Assembly (NCBI GenBank): GCA_964016885.1 | Contig: OZ024744.1 | Span: 10,416,001-10,480,000 of the forward strand | Origin: Eledone cirrhosa | Taxonomy: Eukaryota | DNA length: 64,000 bases | Direction: 5' to 3' | Shown: positions 1 through 14,200 of the stretch, in pieces | Numbering within the stretch: the stretch's first letter is position 1 | Layout: each line of letters begins with the position of its first letter | The notes under the pieces: model-generated | What the model was told of the DNA's origin: nothing | The model's input: the letters and a program-made list of their open reading frames with translations, nothing else | Databases searched by the model: none | Program-made: the position numbers and the translations under genes

Positions 1-1385
1 TTGTGTTGTTGTACTCCAATATGTTGTGTTTTTGTAATCCAATATGTAATGTTGTTGTACTCCAATACATCGTGTTGTACTCCAATATGTTGTGTTGTTG
101 TTGTAATCCAATATCTTGTGTTGTTATACTCCAATATGTTGTGTTGTTATACTCCAATATGTTGTATTGTTGATCTCCAATAAGTTGTGTTCTTGTACTC
201 CAATATATTGTGTTGTTGTACTCCAATATGTTGTGTTGTTGTACTCCAATATATCATGTTGTCGTACTCCAATATGTCATGTTATACTCCAATATGTCGT
301 TGTTATACTCCAATATGTCATGATGTTGTACTCCAATATGTCGTGTTCTTGTACTCCAATATGTCGTGTTGTCGTACTCCAATATGTTGTGTTGTTGTAC
401 TCCAATATGTTGTGTTGTTGTACTCCAATATGTTGTGTTGTTATACTCCAATATGTTGTGCTGTTGTACTCCAATATTTCGTGTTGTTGTACTCCAATAC
501 ATCGTGTTGTACTCCAATATGTTGTGTTGTTGTTGTAATCCAATATCTTGTGTTGTTATACTCCAATATGTTGTGTTGTTATACTCCAATATGTTGTGTT
601 GTGATACTCCAATATGTTGTGCTGTTGTACTCCAATATGTTGAGTTGTTATACTCCAATATGTAGTGTTGTTATACTCCAATATGTTGTGTTGTTGTACT
701 CCAATATGTTGTATTGTTGATCTCCAATAAGTTGTGTTCTTGTACTCCAATATATTGTGTTGTTGTACTCCAATATGTTGTGTTTTTGTAATCCAATATG
801 TAATGTTGTTGTACTCCAATATGTCTTGTTATATTCCAATATGTCGTGTTGTTGTACTCCAATATGTCATGTTGTTGTACTCCAATATTTCTTGTTGTTG
901 TACCCCAATATGTCGTGTTGATTATACTCCAATTTTTGTTGCTGTTGTACTCCAATATGTTGTGTTGTTGTACTCCAATATGTTGTGTTGTTGTACTCCA
1001 ATATGTTGTGTTGTTGTACTCCAATATGTTGTGTTGTTATTCTCCAATATGTTGTGCTGTTGTACTCCAATGTGTTATGTTGTTATACTCCAATATGTTG
1101 TGCTGTGATACTCCAATATGTTGTGTTGTTGTACTCCAATCTGTTGTGTTGTAATACTCCAATATGTTATGTTGTTTTACTCCAATATGTTGTGTTGTTG
1201 TACTCCAATATGTTGTGTTGTTGTACTCCAATATGTTGTGTTGTTGTAATCCAATATGTTGTGTTGTTATACTCCAATATGTTGTGTTGTTGTTCTCCAA
1301 TATGTCGTGTTGTTATACTCCAATATGTTGTGTTATGATACTCCAATATGTTGTGCTGTTGTACTCCAATATGTTGTGTTGTTAT

Positions 1386-1569
1386 ACTCCAATATGTAGT
1401 GTTGTTATACTCCAATATGTTGTGTTGTTGTACTCCAATCTGTTGTGTTGTTATACTCCAATATGTTGTGTTGTTATACTCCAATATGTAGTGTTGTTAT
1501 ACTCCAATATGTTGTGTTGTTGTACTCCAATCTGTTGTGTTGTTATACACCAATATGTTGTGTTGTTAT
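1386..1569 (+). repeat. 92-bp (4-monomer) tandem duplication
   Basis: The GTAG variant occurs at 1396 and 1488, each followed two monomers later by CCAATCTG. The same doublet is seen near 7500-7680 and 18255-18440. Confidence 0.85.
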
Positions 1570-3599
1570 ACTCCAATATGTTGTGTTGTTTTACTCCAAT
1601 ATGTTGTGTTGCTGTACTCCAATATGTTGTGTTGTTGTACTCCAATATGTTGTGCTGCTGTACTCCAATATATTGTGTTATACTCCAATATGTTGTGTTG
1701 TTGTACTCCAATATGTTGTGTTGTTGTAATCCAAAATGTTGTGTTGTTATACTCCAATATGTTGTGTTGTAATACTCCAATATGTTGTGCTCCAATATGT
1801 TGTGTTATACTCCAATGTGTTGTGTTCTTGTACTCCAATATGAAGTGTTGTAATACTCCAATATGTAGTGCTGTTGTTATACTCCAATATGTTGTGTTAT
1901 AATCCAATGTGTTGTGTTGTTGTACTCAAATCTGTTGTGTTGTTATACTCCAATCTGTTGTGTTGTTATACTGCAATATGTTGTGTTGTTATACTCCAAT
2001 ATGTTGTGTTTTTGTACTCCAATATGTTGTGTTGTTGTACTCCAATATGTTGTGTTGTTGTAATCCAATATCTTGTGCTGTTATACTCCAATATGTTGTG
2101 TTGTTGTACTCCAATATGTTGTGTTGTTATACTCCAATATGTTGTGTTGTGATACTCCAAAGTGTTGTGCTGTTGTACTCCAATATGTTGTGTTGTTTTA
2201 CTCCAATAGGTTGCGTTGTTGTACTCCAATCTGTTGTGTTGTTATACTCCAATATGTTGTGTTGTTATACTCCAATATGGTGTGTTGTTTTACTCCAATA
2301 TGTTGTGTTGTTGCAATCCAATATGTTTGTGTTGTTTTACTCCAATATGTTGTGTTGTTATACTCAAATATGTTGTGTTGTTGTACTCCAATATGGTGTG
2401 TTGTTGTACTCCAATATGTTGTGTTGTTGTACTCCAATATGTTGTGTTGTTATACTCCAATATGTTGTGTTGGTGTACTCCAATATGTTGTGCTGTTGAA
2501 CTCCAAATCTCGTGTTGTTATACTCCAATGTGTTGTGTTGTTATACTCCAATATGTTGTGTTGTTGTACTCCAATATGTTGTGTTGTTGTACTCCAATAT
2601 GTTGTGTTGTTGTACTCCAATATGTGATGTTGTTGTACTCCAATATGTCGTGATGTTGTACTCCAATATGTTGTGTTGTTATACTCCAATATTTCGTGTT
2701 GTTTTACTCCAATATGTCATGGTGTTGTACTCCAATATTTCGTGTGGTTGTATTCCAATATGTCATGGTGTTGTACTTCAATATGTCGTATTGTTGTACT
2801 CCAATATGTTGTGTTGTTGTTCTCCAATATGTCGTGTTGTTATACTCCAATATGTTATGATGTTGGACTCCAATATATTGTGTTGTTGTACTCCAATATG
2901 TTGTGTTTTTGTAATCCAATATGTAATGTTGTTGTACTCCAATATGTCTTGTTATAGTCCAATATGTCGTGTTGTTGTACTCCAATATGTCATGTTGTTG
3001 TACTCCAATATTTCGTGTTGTTGTACCCCAATATGTCGTGTTGATTATACTCCAATTTTTGTTGCTGTTGTACTCCAATATGTTGTGTTGTTGTACTCCA
3101 ATCTGTTGTGTTGTTATTCTCCAATATGTTGTGCTGTTGTACTCCAATGTGTTATGTTGTTATACTCCAATATGTTGTGCTGTGATACTCCAATATGTTG
3201 TGTTGTTGTACTCCAATCTGTTGTGTTGTTATACTCCAATATGTTGTGTTGTTATACTCCAATATGTTGTGTTGTTTTACTCCAATATGTTGTGTTGTTG
3301 TACTCCAATATGTTGTGTTGTTGTACTCCAATATGTTGTGTTGTTGTAATCCAATATCTTGTGTTGTTATACTCCAATATGTTGTGTTGTTGTACTCCAA
3401 TATGTTGTGTTGTTGTTCTCCAATATGTCGTGTTGTTATACTCCAATATGTTGTGTTATGATACTCCAATATGTTGTGCTGTTGTACTCCAATATTTTGT
3501 GTAGTTATACTCCAATATGTAGTGTTGTTATACTCCAATATGTTGTGATGTTGTACTCCAATCTGTTGTGTTGTTATACTCCATTATGTTGTGTTGTTA

Positions 3600-5040
3600 T
3601 ACTCCAATATATTGTGTTGTTGTACTCCAATAGGTTGTGTTGTTGTACTCCAATATGTTGTGTTGTTATACTCCAATATGTTGTGTTGTTATACTCCCAA
3701 AAGTTGTGTTGTTTTACTCCAATATGTTGTGTTGTTATACTCCAGTATGTTGTGTTGTTGTACTCCAATATGTTGTGATGTTGCACTCCAAAATGTTGTG
3801 TTGTTGTACTCCAATATGTTGTGTTGTTGTACTCCAATACGTTGTGTTGTTGTACTCCAATATTTTGTGCTGTTATACTCCAATATGTTGTGTTGTTATA
3901 CTCCAAAAAGTTGTGTTGTTTTACTCCAATATGTTGTGTTGTTATACTCCAGTATGTTGTGTTGTTGTACTCCAATATGTTGTGTTGTTGTACTCCAATA
4001 TGTCATGTTATACTCCAATATGTCATGTTGTTTTACTCCAATATGTTGTGTTGTTGCACTCCAATATGTCGTGTTGTTGTACTCCAATATGTTGTGTTTT
4101 TGTACTCCAATATGTTGTGTTGTTATACTCCAATATGTTGTGCTGTTGTACTCCAATATGTCAGGTTGTTGTACTCCGATATTTCGTGTTGTTCTACTCC
4201 AATATTTCGTGTTGTTTTACTCCAATATGTCGTGGTGTTGTACTCCAATATGTTTTGATGTTGTACTCCAATATGTCGTGTTGTTGTACTCCAATATGTT
4301 GTGTTGTTGAACTCCAATATGCTGTGTTGTTATACTCCTAAATGTTGTGTTGTTGTACTCCAATATGTTGTGTTGTACTCCAATATGTTGTGTTGTTACA
4401 CTCCACAATTTTGTGTTGTTGTACTCCAAAATGTGATGTTGTTGTACTCCAATATGTCGTATTGTTGTACTCCAATATGTTGCGTTGTTATACTCCAATA
4501 TTTCGTGTTGTTTTACTCCAATATGTCGTGTTTTTGTACTCCAATATATTGTGTTGTTGTACTCCAATATGTTGTGTTGTTGTACTCCAATATGTTGTGT
4601 TGTTATACTCCAATATGTTGTGTTGTTATACTCCAAAAAGTTGTGTTGTTTTACTCCAATATGTTGTGCTGTTATACTCCAGTATGTTGTGTTGTTGTAC
4701 TCCAATATTTTGTGATGTTGTACTCCAATATGTTGTGTTGTTGTACTCCAATATGTTGTGTTGTTGTACTCCAATACGTTGTGTTGTTGTACTCCAATAT
4801 TTTGTGCTGTTATACTCCAATATGTTGTGTTGTTATACTCCAAAAAGTTGTGTTGTTTTACTCCAATATGTTGTGTTGTTATACTCCAGTATGTTGTGTT
4901 GTTGTACTCCAATATGTTGTGTTGTTGTACTCCAATATGTCATGTTATACTCCAATATGTCATCTTGTTTTACTCCAATATGTTGTGTTGTTGCACTCCA
5001 ATATGTCGTGTTGTTGTACTCCAATATGTTGTGTTTTGTA
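3600..5040 (+). repeat. Block pair at +937 bp, each containing a 207-bp (9-monomer) internal duplication
   Basis: The AAAAGTTG...CCAGTATG marker occurs at ~3699, ~3906, ~4636 and ~4843 (spacings 207 and 937). ORFs 3689 and 4626 match. Confidence 0.85.
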
Positions 5041-5249
5041 CTCCAATATGTTGTGTTATTGTACTCCAATATGCTGTGCTGTTGTACTCCAATATGTTAT
5101 GTTGTACTCCAATATGTTGTGTTGTTGTACTCCAATATATCATGTTGTCATACTCCAATATGTCATGTTATACTCCAATATGTCGTTGTTATACTCCAAT
5201 ATGTCATGTTGCTGTACTCCAATATGCCGCGCTGTTGTACTCCAATATG

Positions 5250-8200
5250 TTGTGTTGTTATTCTCCAATATGTTGTGCTGTTGTACTCCAATGTGTTATG
5301 TTGTTATACTCCAATATGTTGTGCTGTGATACTCCAATATGTTGTGTTGTTGTACTCCAATCTGTTGTGTTGTTATACTCCAATATGTTGTGTTGTTATA
5401 CTCCAATATGTTGTGTTGTTTTACTCCAATATGTTTTGTTGTTGTACTCCAATATGTCGTGTTGTTGTACTCCAATATGTTGTGTTGTTGTAATCCAATA
5501 TCTTGTGTTGTTATACTCCAATATGTTGTGTTGTTGTACTCCAATATGTTGTGTTGTTGTTCTCCAATATGTCGTGTTGTTATACTCCAATATGTTGTGT
5601 TATGATACTCCAATATGTTGTGCTGTTGTACTCCAATATGTTGTGTTGTTATACTCCAATATGTAGTTTTGTTATACTCCAATATGTTTTGTTGTTGTAC
5701 TCCAATCTGTTGTGTTGTTATACTCCAATATGTTGTGTTGTTATACTCCAATATGTTGTGTTGTTTTACTCCAATATGTTGTGTTGTTGTACTCCAATAT
5801 GTTGTGTTGTTGTACTCCAATATATCATGTTGTCGTACTCCAATATGTCATGTTATACTCCAATATGTCGTTGTTATACTCCAATATGTCATGATGTTGT
5901 ACTCCAATATGTCGTGTTCTTGTGCTCCAATATGTCGTGTTGTCGTACTCCAATATGTTGTGTTGTTGTACTCCAATATGTTTTGTTGTTGTACTCCAAT
6001 ATGTTGTGTTGTTATACTCCAATATGTTGTGCTGTTGTACTCCAATATTTCGTGTTGTTGTACTCCAATACATCGTGTTGTACTCCAATATGTTGTGTTG
6101 TTGTTGTACTCCAATATGTTTTGATGTTGTACTCCAATATGTTGTGTTGTTGTACTCCAATATGTTGTGTAGTCATACTCCAATACGTTGTGTTGTTGTA
6201 CTCCAATATGATGTGATGTTGTACTCCAATATGATGTGCTGTTGTACTCCAATGCGTTGTGTTGTTGTACTCCAATGTGTTGTGTTGTTATACTCCAATA
6301 TGTTGTGTTGTTATACTCCAATATGTTGTGCTGTTGTACTCCAAATCTCGTGTTGTTATACTCCAATGTGTTGTGTTGTTATACTCCAATATGGTGTGTT
6401 GTTGTACTCCAATATGTTGTATTATTTTTCTCCAATATGCCATGTTATACTCCAATATGTTGTGTTCGTGTACTCCAATATGTTGTGTTATTGTACTCCA
6501 ATATGTTGCGTTGTTGTACTCCAATATGTTGTGTTGTTATACTCCAATATGTTGTGTTGTTGTACTCCTATATGTTGTCTTGTTGTACTCCAAAAGGTCA
6601 TATTATTGTACTCCAATATGTATTGTTATACTCCAATATGTCGTGTGTCTGTACTCCAATATGTCATTTTGTTGTACTCCAATATGTCTTGTTATAGTCC
6701 AATATGTCGTGTTGTTGTACTCCAATATGTCATGTAGTTGTACTCCAATATTTCGTGTTGTTATACCCCAATATGTCGTGTTGTTTATACTCCAATATGT
6801 TTTGCTGTTGTACTCCAATATGTTGTGTTGCTGTACTCCAATATGTTGTGTTGTTGTACTCCAATATGTTGTGTTGTTGTAATCCAATATCTTGTGTTGT
6901 TATACTCCAATATGTTGTGTTGTTATACTCCAATATGTTGTGTTGTGATACTCCAATATGTTGTGCTGTTGTACTCCAATATGTTGAGTTGTTATACTCC
7001 AATATGTAGTGTTGTTATACTCCAATATGTTGTGTTGTTGTACTCCAATCTGTTGTGTTATACTCCAATATGTTGTGTTGTTATACTCCAATATGTTGTG
7101 TTGTTGTACTCCAATATGTTGTGTTGTTATTCTCCAATATGTTGTGCTGTTGTACTCCAATGTGTTATGTTGTTATACTCCAATATGTTGTGCTGTGATA
7201 CTCCAATATGTTGTGTTGTTGTACTCCAATCTGTTGTGTTGTTATACTCCAATATGTTGTGTTGTTATACTCCAATATGTTATGTTGTTTTACTCCAATA
7301 TGTTGTGTTGTTGTACTCCAATATGTTGTGTTGTTGTACTCCAATATGTTGTGTTGTTGTAATCCAATATGTTGTGTTGTTATACTCCAATATGCTGTGT
7401 TGTTGTTCTCCAATATGTCGTGTTGTTATACTCCAATATGTTGTGTTATGATACTCCAATATGTTGTGCTGTTGTACTCCAATATGTTGTGTTGTTATAC
7501 TCCAATATGTAGTGTTGTTATACTCCAATATGTTGTGTTGTTGTACTCCAATCTGTTGTGTTGTTATACTCCAATATGTTGTGTTGTTATACTCCAATAT
7601 GTAGTGTTGTTATACTCCAATATGTTGTGTTGTTGTACTCCAATCTGTTGTGTTGTTATACTCCAATATGTTGTGTTGTTATACTCCAATATGTTGTGTT
7701 GTTTTACTCCAATATGTTGTGTTACTGTACTCCAATATGTTGTGTTGTTGTACTCCAATATGTTGTGCTGCTGTACTCCAATATATTGTGTTATACTCCA
7801 ATATGTTGTGCTGTTGTACTCCAATATGTTGTGTTGTTATACTCCAATATGTAGTGTTGTTATACTCCAATATGTTGTGTTGTTGTACTCCAATATGTTG
7901 TGTTGTTATACTCCAATATGTTGTGTTGTTATACTCCAATATGTAGTGTTGTTATACTCCAATATGTTGTGTTGTTGTACTCCAATATGTTGTGTTGTTG
8001 TAATCCAAAATGTTGTGTTGTTATACTCCAATATGTTGTGTTGTAATACTCCAATATGTTGTGTTATACTCCAATGTGTTGTGTTCTTGTACTCCAATAT
8101 GAAGTGTTGTAATACTCCAATATGTAGTGCTGTTGTTATACTCCAATATGTTGTGTTATAATCCAATGTGTTGTGTTGTTGTACTCCAATCTGTTGTGTT

Positions 8201-11200
8201 GTTATACTCCAATCTGTTGTGTTGTTATACTGCAATATGTTGTGTTGTTATACTCCAATATGTTGTGTTGTTATACTCCAAGATGTTGTGCTGTGATACT
8301 CTAATATGTTGTGTTTCTGTACTCCAATATGTTGTGTTGTTGTACTCCAATATGTTGTGTTGTTGTAATCCAATATCTTGTGCTGTTATACTCCAATATG
8401 TTGTGTTGTTGTACTCCAATATGTTGTGTTGTTATACTCCAATATGTTGTGTTGTGATACTCCAAAGTGTTGTGCTGTTGTACTCCAATATGTTGTGTTG
8501 TTTTACTCCAATAGGTTGCGTTGTTGTACTCCAATCTGTTGTGTTGTTATACTCCAATATGTTGTGTTGTTATACTCCAATATGGTGTGTTGTTTTACTC
8601 CAATATGTTGTGTTGTTGCAATCCAATATGTTTGTGTTGTTTTACTCCAATATGTTGTGTTGTTATACTCCAATATGTTGTGTTGTTATACTCAAATATG
8701 TTGTGTTGTTGTACTCCAATATGGTGTGTTGTTGTACTCCAATATGTTGTGTTGTTGTACTCCAATATGTTGTGTTGTTATACTCCAATATGTTGTGTTG
8801 GTGTACTCCAATATGTTGTGCTGTTGAACTCCAAATCTCGTGTTGTTATACTCCAATGTGTTGTGTTGTTATACTCCAATATGTTGTGTTGTTGTACTCC
8901 AATATGTTGTGTTGTTGTACTCCAATATGTTGTGTTGTTGTACTCCAATATGTTGTGTTGTTGTACTCCAATATGTGATGTTGTTGTACTCCAATATGTC
9001 GTGATGTTGTACTCCAATATGTTGTGTTGTTATACTCCAATATTTCGTGTTGTTTTACTCCAATATGTCATGGTGTTGTACTCCAATATTTCGTGTGGCT
9101 GTATTCCAATATGTCATGGTGTTGTACTTCAATATGTCGTATTGTTGTACTCCAATATGTTGTGTTGTTGTTCTCCAATATGTCGTGTTGTTATACTCCA
9201 ATATGTTATGATGTTGGACTCCAATATATTGTGTTGTTGTACTCCAATATGTTGTGTTTTTGTAATCCAATATGTAATGTTGTTGTACTCCAATATGTCT
9301 TGTTATAGTCCAATATGTCGTGTTGTTGTACTCCAATATGTCATGTTGTTGTACTCCAATATTTCTTGTTGTTGTACCCCAATATGTCGTGTTGATTATA
9401 CTCCAATTTTTGTTGCTGTTGTACTCCAATATGTTGTGTTGTTGTACTCCAATCTGTTGTGTCGTTATTCTCCAATATGTTGTGCTGTTGTACTCCAATG
9501 TGTTATGTTGTTATACTCCAATATGTTGTGCTGTGATATTCCAATATGTTGTGTTGTTGTACTCCAATCTGTTGTGTTGTTATACTCCAATATGTTGTGT
9601 TGTTATACTCCAATATGTTGTGTTGTTTTACTCCAATATGTTGTGTTGTTGTACTCCAATATGTTGTGTTGTTGTAATCCAATATCTTGTGTTGTTATAC
9701 TCCAATATGTTGTGTTGTTGTACTCCAATATGTTGTGTTGTTGTTCTCCAATATGTCGTGTTGTTATACTCCAATATGTTGTGTTATGATACTCCAATAT
9801 GTTGTGCTGTTGTACTCCAATATTTTGTGTTGTTATACTCCAATATGTAGTGTTGTTATACTCCAATATGTTGTGTTGTTGTACTCCAATCTGTTGTGTT
9901 GTTATACTCCAATATGTTGTGTTGTTATACTCCAATATGTTGTGTTGTTTTACTCCAATATGTTGTGTTGTTGTACTCCAATATGTTGTATTGTTGTTCT
10001 CCAATATGTCATGTTATACTCCAATAAGTTGTGTTCTTGTACTCCAATATGTTGTGTTGTTGTACTCCAATATGTTGTGTTGTTGTACTCCAATATATCA
10101 TGTTGTCGTACTCCAATATATCATGTTATACTCCAATGTGTCGTTGTTATACTCCAATATGTCATGATGTTGTACTCCAATATGTCGTGTTCTTGTACTC
10201 CAATATGTCGTGTTGTCGTACTCCAATATATTGTGTTGTTGTACTCCAATATGTTATGTTGTTGTACTCCAATATGTTGTGTTGTTATACTCGAATATGT
10301 TGTGTTGTTATACTCCCAAAAGTTGTGTTGTTTTACTCCAATATGTTGTGTTGTTATACTCCAGTATGTTGTGTTGTTGTACTCCAATATGTTGTGATGT
10401 TGTACTCCAAAATGTTGTGTTGTTGTACTCCAATATGTTGTGTTGTTGTACTCCAATACGTTGTGTTGTTGTACTCCAATATTTTGTGCTGTTATACTCC
10501 AATATGTTGTGTTGTTATACTCCAAAAAGTTGTGTTGTTTTACTCCAATATGTTGTGTTGTTATACTCCAGTATGTTGTGTTGTTGTACTCCAATATGTT
10601 GTGTTGTTGTACTCCAATATGTCATGTTATACTCCAATATGTCATGTTGTTTTACTCCAATATGTTGTGTTGTTGCACTCCAATATGTCGTGTTGTTGTA
10701 CTCCAATATGTTGTGTTTTGTACTCCAATATGTTGTGTTATTGTACTCCAATATGTTGTGTTGTTATACTCCAATACGCTGTGCTGTTGTACTCCAATAT
10801 GTTATGTTATACTCCAATATGCTGTGTTGTTGTACTCCAATATATCATGTTGTCGTACTCCAATATGTCATGTTATACTCCAATATGTCGTTGATATACT
10901 CCAATATGTCGTGTTGCTGTACTCCAATATGCCGCGCTGTTGTACTCCAATATGTTTTGATGTTGTACTCCAATATGTTGTGTTGTTGTACTCCAATATG
11001 TTGTGTTGTTGTACTCCAATATGTTGTGTTGTTATACTCCAATATGTTGTGCTGTTGTACTCCAATATGTCAGGTTGTTGTACTCCGATATTTCGTGTTG
11101 TTCTACTCCAATATTTCGTGTTGTTTTACTCCAATACGTCGTGGTGTTGTACTCCAATATGTTTTGATGTTGTACTCCAATATGTCGTGTTGTTGTACTC

Positions 11201-14200
11201 CAATATGTTGTGTTGTTGAACTCCAATATGCTGTGTTGTTATACTCCTAAATGTTGTGTTGTTGTACTCCAATATGTTGTGTTGTACTCCAATATGTTGT
11301 GTTGTTACACTCCACAATGTTGTGTTGTTGTACTCCAAAATGTGATGTTGTTGTACTCCAATATGTCGTATTGTTGTACTCCAATATGTTGTGTTGTTAT
11401 ACTCCAATATTTCGTGTTGTTTTACTCCAATATCTCATGTTGTTGTACTCCAATATTTCGTGTTGTTGTACTCCAATATGTCATGGTGTTGTACTTCAAT
11501 ATGTCGTATTGTTGTACTCCAGTATGTTGTGTTGTTGTTCTCCAATATGTCGTGTTGTTATACTCCAATATGTTATGATGTTGTACTCCAATATATTGTG
11601 TTGTTGTACTCCAATATGTTGTGTTGTTATACTCCAATATATTGTGTTATTTTACTCCAATATGTTGTGTTGTTGTACTCCAATATGTTGTGTTGTTGTA
11701 CTCCAATATGTTGTGTTGTTGTAATCCAATATCTTGTGTTGTTGTACTCCAATATGTTGTGTTGTTGTTCTCCAATATGTTGTGTTGTTATACTCCAATA
11801 TGTTGTGTTGTGATACTCCAATATGTTGTGCTGTTGTACTCCAATATGTGTTGTTGTTGTACTCCAATATGTTGCGTTGTTGTACTCCAATATATCATGT
11901 TGTCGTACTCCAATATGTCATGTTATACTCCAATATGTTTTGATGCTGTACTCCAATATGTTGTGTTGTTGTACTACAATATGTTGTGTTGCTGTACTCC
12001 AATATGTTGTGTTGTTGTACTCCAATATGTTGTGTTGTTGTAATCCAATATCTTGTGTTGTTATACTCCAATATGTTGTGTTGTGATACTCCAATATGTT
12101 GTGCTGTTGTACTCCAATATGTTGAGTTGTTATACTCCAATATGTAGTGTTGTTATACTCCAATATGTTGTGTTGTTGTACTCCAATCTGTTGTGTTATA
12201 CTCCAATATGTTGTGTTGTTATACTCCAATATGTTGTGTTGTTATACTCCAATATGTTGTGTTGTTTTACTCCAATATGTTGTGTTGTTGTACTCCAATA
12301 TGTTGTATTGTTGATCTCCAATAAGTTGTGTTCTTGTACTCCAATATATTGTGTTGTTGTACTCCAATATGTTGTGTTTTTGCAATCCAATATTTAATGT
12401 TGTTGTACTCCAATATGTCTTGTTATATTCCAATATGTCGTGTTGTTGTACTCCAATATGTCATGTTGTTGTACTCCAATATTTCTTGTTGTTGTACCCC
12501 AATATGTCGTGTTGATTATACTCCAATTTTTGTTGCTGTTGTACTCCAATATGTTGTGTTGTTGTACTCCAATATGTTGTGTTGTTGTACTCCAATATGT
12601 TGTGTTGTTATTCTCCAATATGTTGTGCTGTTGTACTCCAATGTGTTATGTTGTTATACTCCAATATGTTGTGCTGTGATACTCCAATATGTTGTGTTGT
12701 TGTACTCCAATCTGTTGTGTTGTTATACTCCAATATGTTGTTTTGTTATACTCCAATATGTTATGTTGTTTTACTCCAATATGTTGTGTTGTTGTACTCC
12801 AATATGTTGTGTTGTTGTACTCCAATATGTTGTGTTGTTGTAATCCAATATCTTGTGTTGTTATACTCCAATATGTTGTGTTGTTGTACTCCAATATGTT
12901 GTGTTGTTGTTCTCCAATATGTCGTGTTGTTATACTCCAATATGTTGTGTTATGATACTCCAATATGTTGTGCTGTTGTACTCCAATATGTTGTGTTGTT
13001 ATACTCCAAGATGTAGTGTTGTTATACTCCAATATGTTGTGTTGTTGTACTCCAATATGTTGTGTTGTTATACTCCAATATGTTGTGTTGTTATACTCCA
13101 ATATGTAGTGTTGTTATACTCCAATATGTTGTGTTGTTGTACTCCAATCTGTTGTGTTGTTATACTCCAATATGTTGTGTTGTTATACCCCAATATGTTG
13201 TGTTGTTTTACTCCAATATGTTGTGTTGCCATACTCCAATATGTTGTGTTGTTGTACTCCAATATGTTGTGCTGCTGTACTCCAATATATTGTGTTATAC
13301 TCCAATATGTTGTGTTGTTGTACTCCAATATGTTGTGTTGTTGTAATCCAAAATGTTGTGTTGTTATACTCCAATATGTTGTGTTGTAAAACTCCAATAT
13401 GTTGTGCTCCAATATGTTGTGTTATACTCCAATGTGTTGTGTTCTTGTACTCCAATATGAAGTGTTGTAATACTCCAATATGTAGTGCTGTTGTTATACT
13501 CCAATATGTTGTGTTATAATCCAATGTGTTGTGTTGTTGTACTCCAATCTGTTGTGTTGTTATACTCCAATCTGTTGTGTTGTTATACTGCAATATGTTG
13601 TGTTGTTATACTCCAATATGGTGTATTGTTGTACTCCAATATGTTGTATTGTTGTTCTCCAATATGTTATGTTATACTCCAATATGTTGTGTTCGTGTAC
13701 TCCAATATTTTGTGATATTGTACGCCAATATGTTGTGTTGTTGTACTCCAATATGTTGTGTTGTTATACTCCAATATGTTGTGTTGTTGTACTCCAATAT
13801 GTTGTTGTACTCCAACATGTTGTGTTGTTGTACTCCAATATGTTGTTGTACTCCAACATGTTGTGTTGTTGTACTCCAATATGTAGTGTTGTTGTAATCC
13901 AATATGTTGTGTTGTTGTACTCCAATATATAGTGCTGTTGTACTCCAATATGTTGTGTTGTTGTACTCCAATATGTTGTGCTGTTGTACTCCAATATGTT
14001 GTGTTGTTATACTCCAATATGTTGTGTTGTTATACTCCAATAAGTTGTGTTGTTTTACTCCAATATGTTGTGTTGTTATACTCCAGTATGTTGTGTTGTT
14101 GTACTCCAATATGTTGTGTTGTTATACTCCAATATGTTGTGTTGTTATACTCCAATAAGTTGTGTTGTTTTACTCCAATATGTTGTGTTGTTGTACTCCA

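Larger units (their letters stand above)
1030..11430 (+). repeat. Older ~6.1-6.9 kb-offset duplication (about 1030-4520 vs 7130-11430)
   Basis: Colinear markers with drifting offsets: 1868/8127 (+6259), 2073/8378 (+6305), 2673/9024 (+6351), 3689/10308 (+6619), 4123/11032 (+6909). Confidence 0.82.

Noticed and set aside
2272-2281. CCAATATGG as a CArG box
   Set aside because: It has only five A/T bases between CC and GG, whereas CArG needs six. It is a simple T>G variant.
6585-6680. Divergent patch AAAAGGTCATATTATTG...GTGTGTCTG as a foreign insertion or transposon footprint
   Set aside because: It stays in monomer register with ACTCCAA cores, so it is just a run of highly mutated monomers. 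There is no target-site duplication or terminal repeat.
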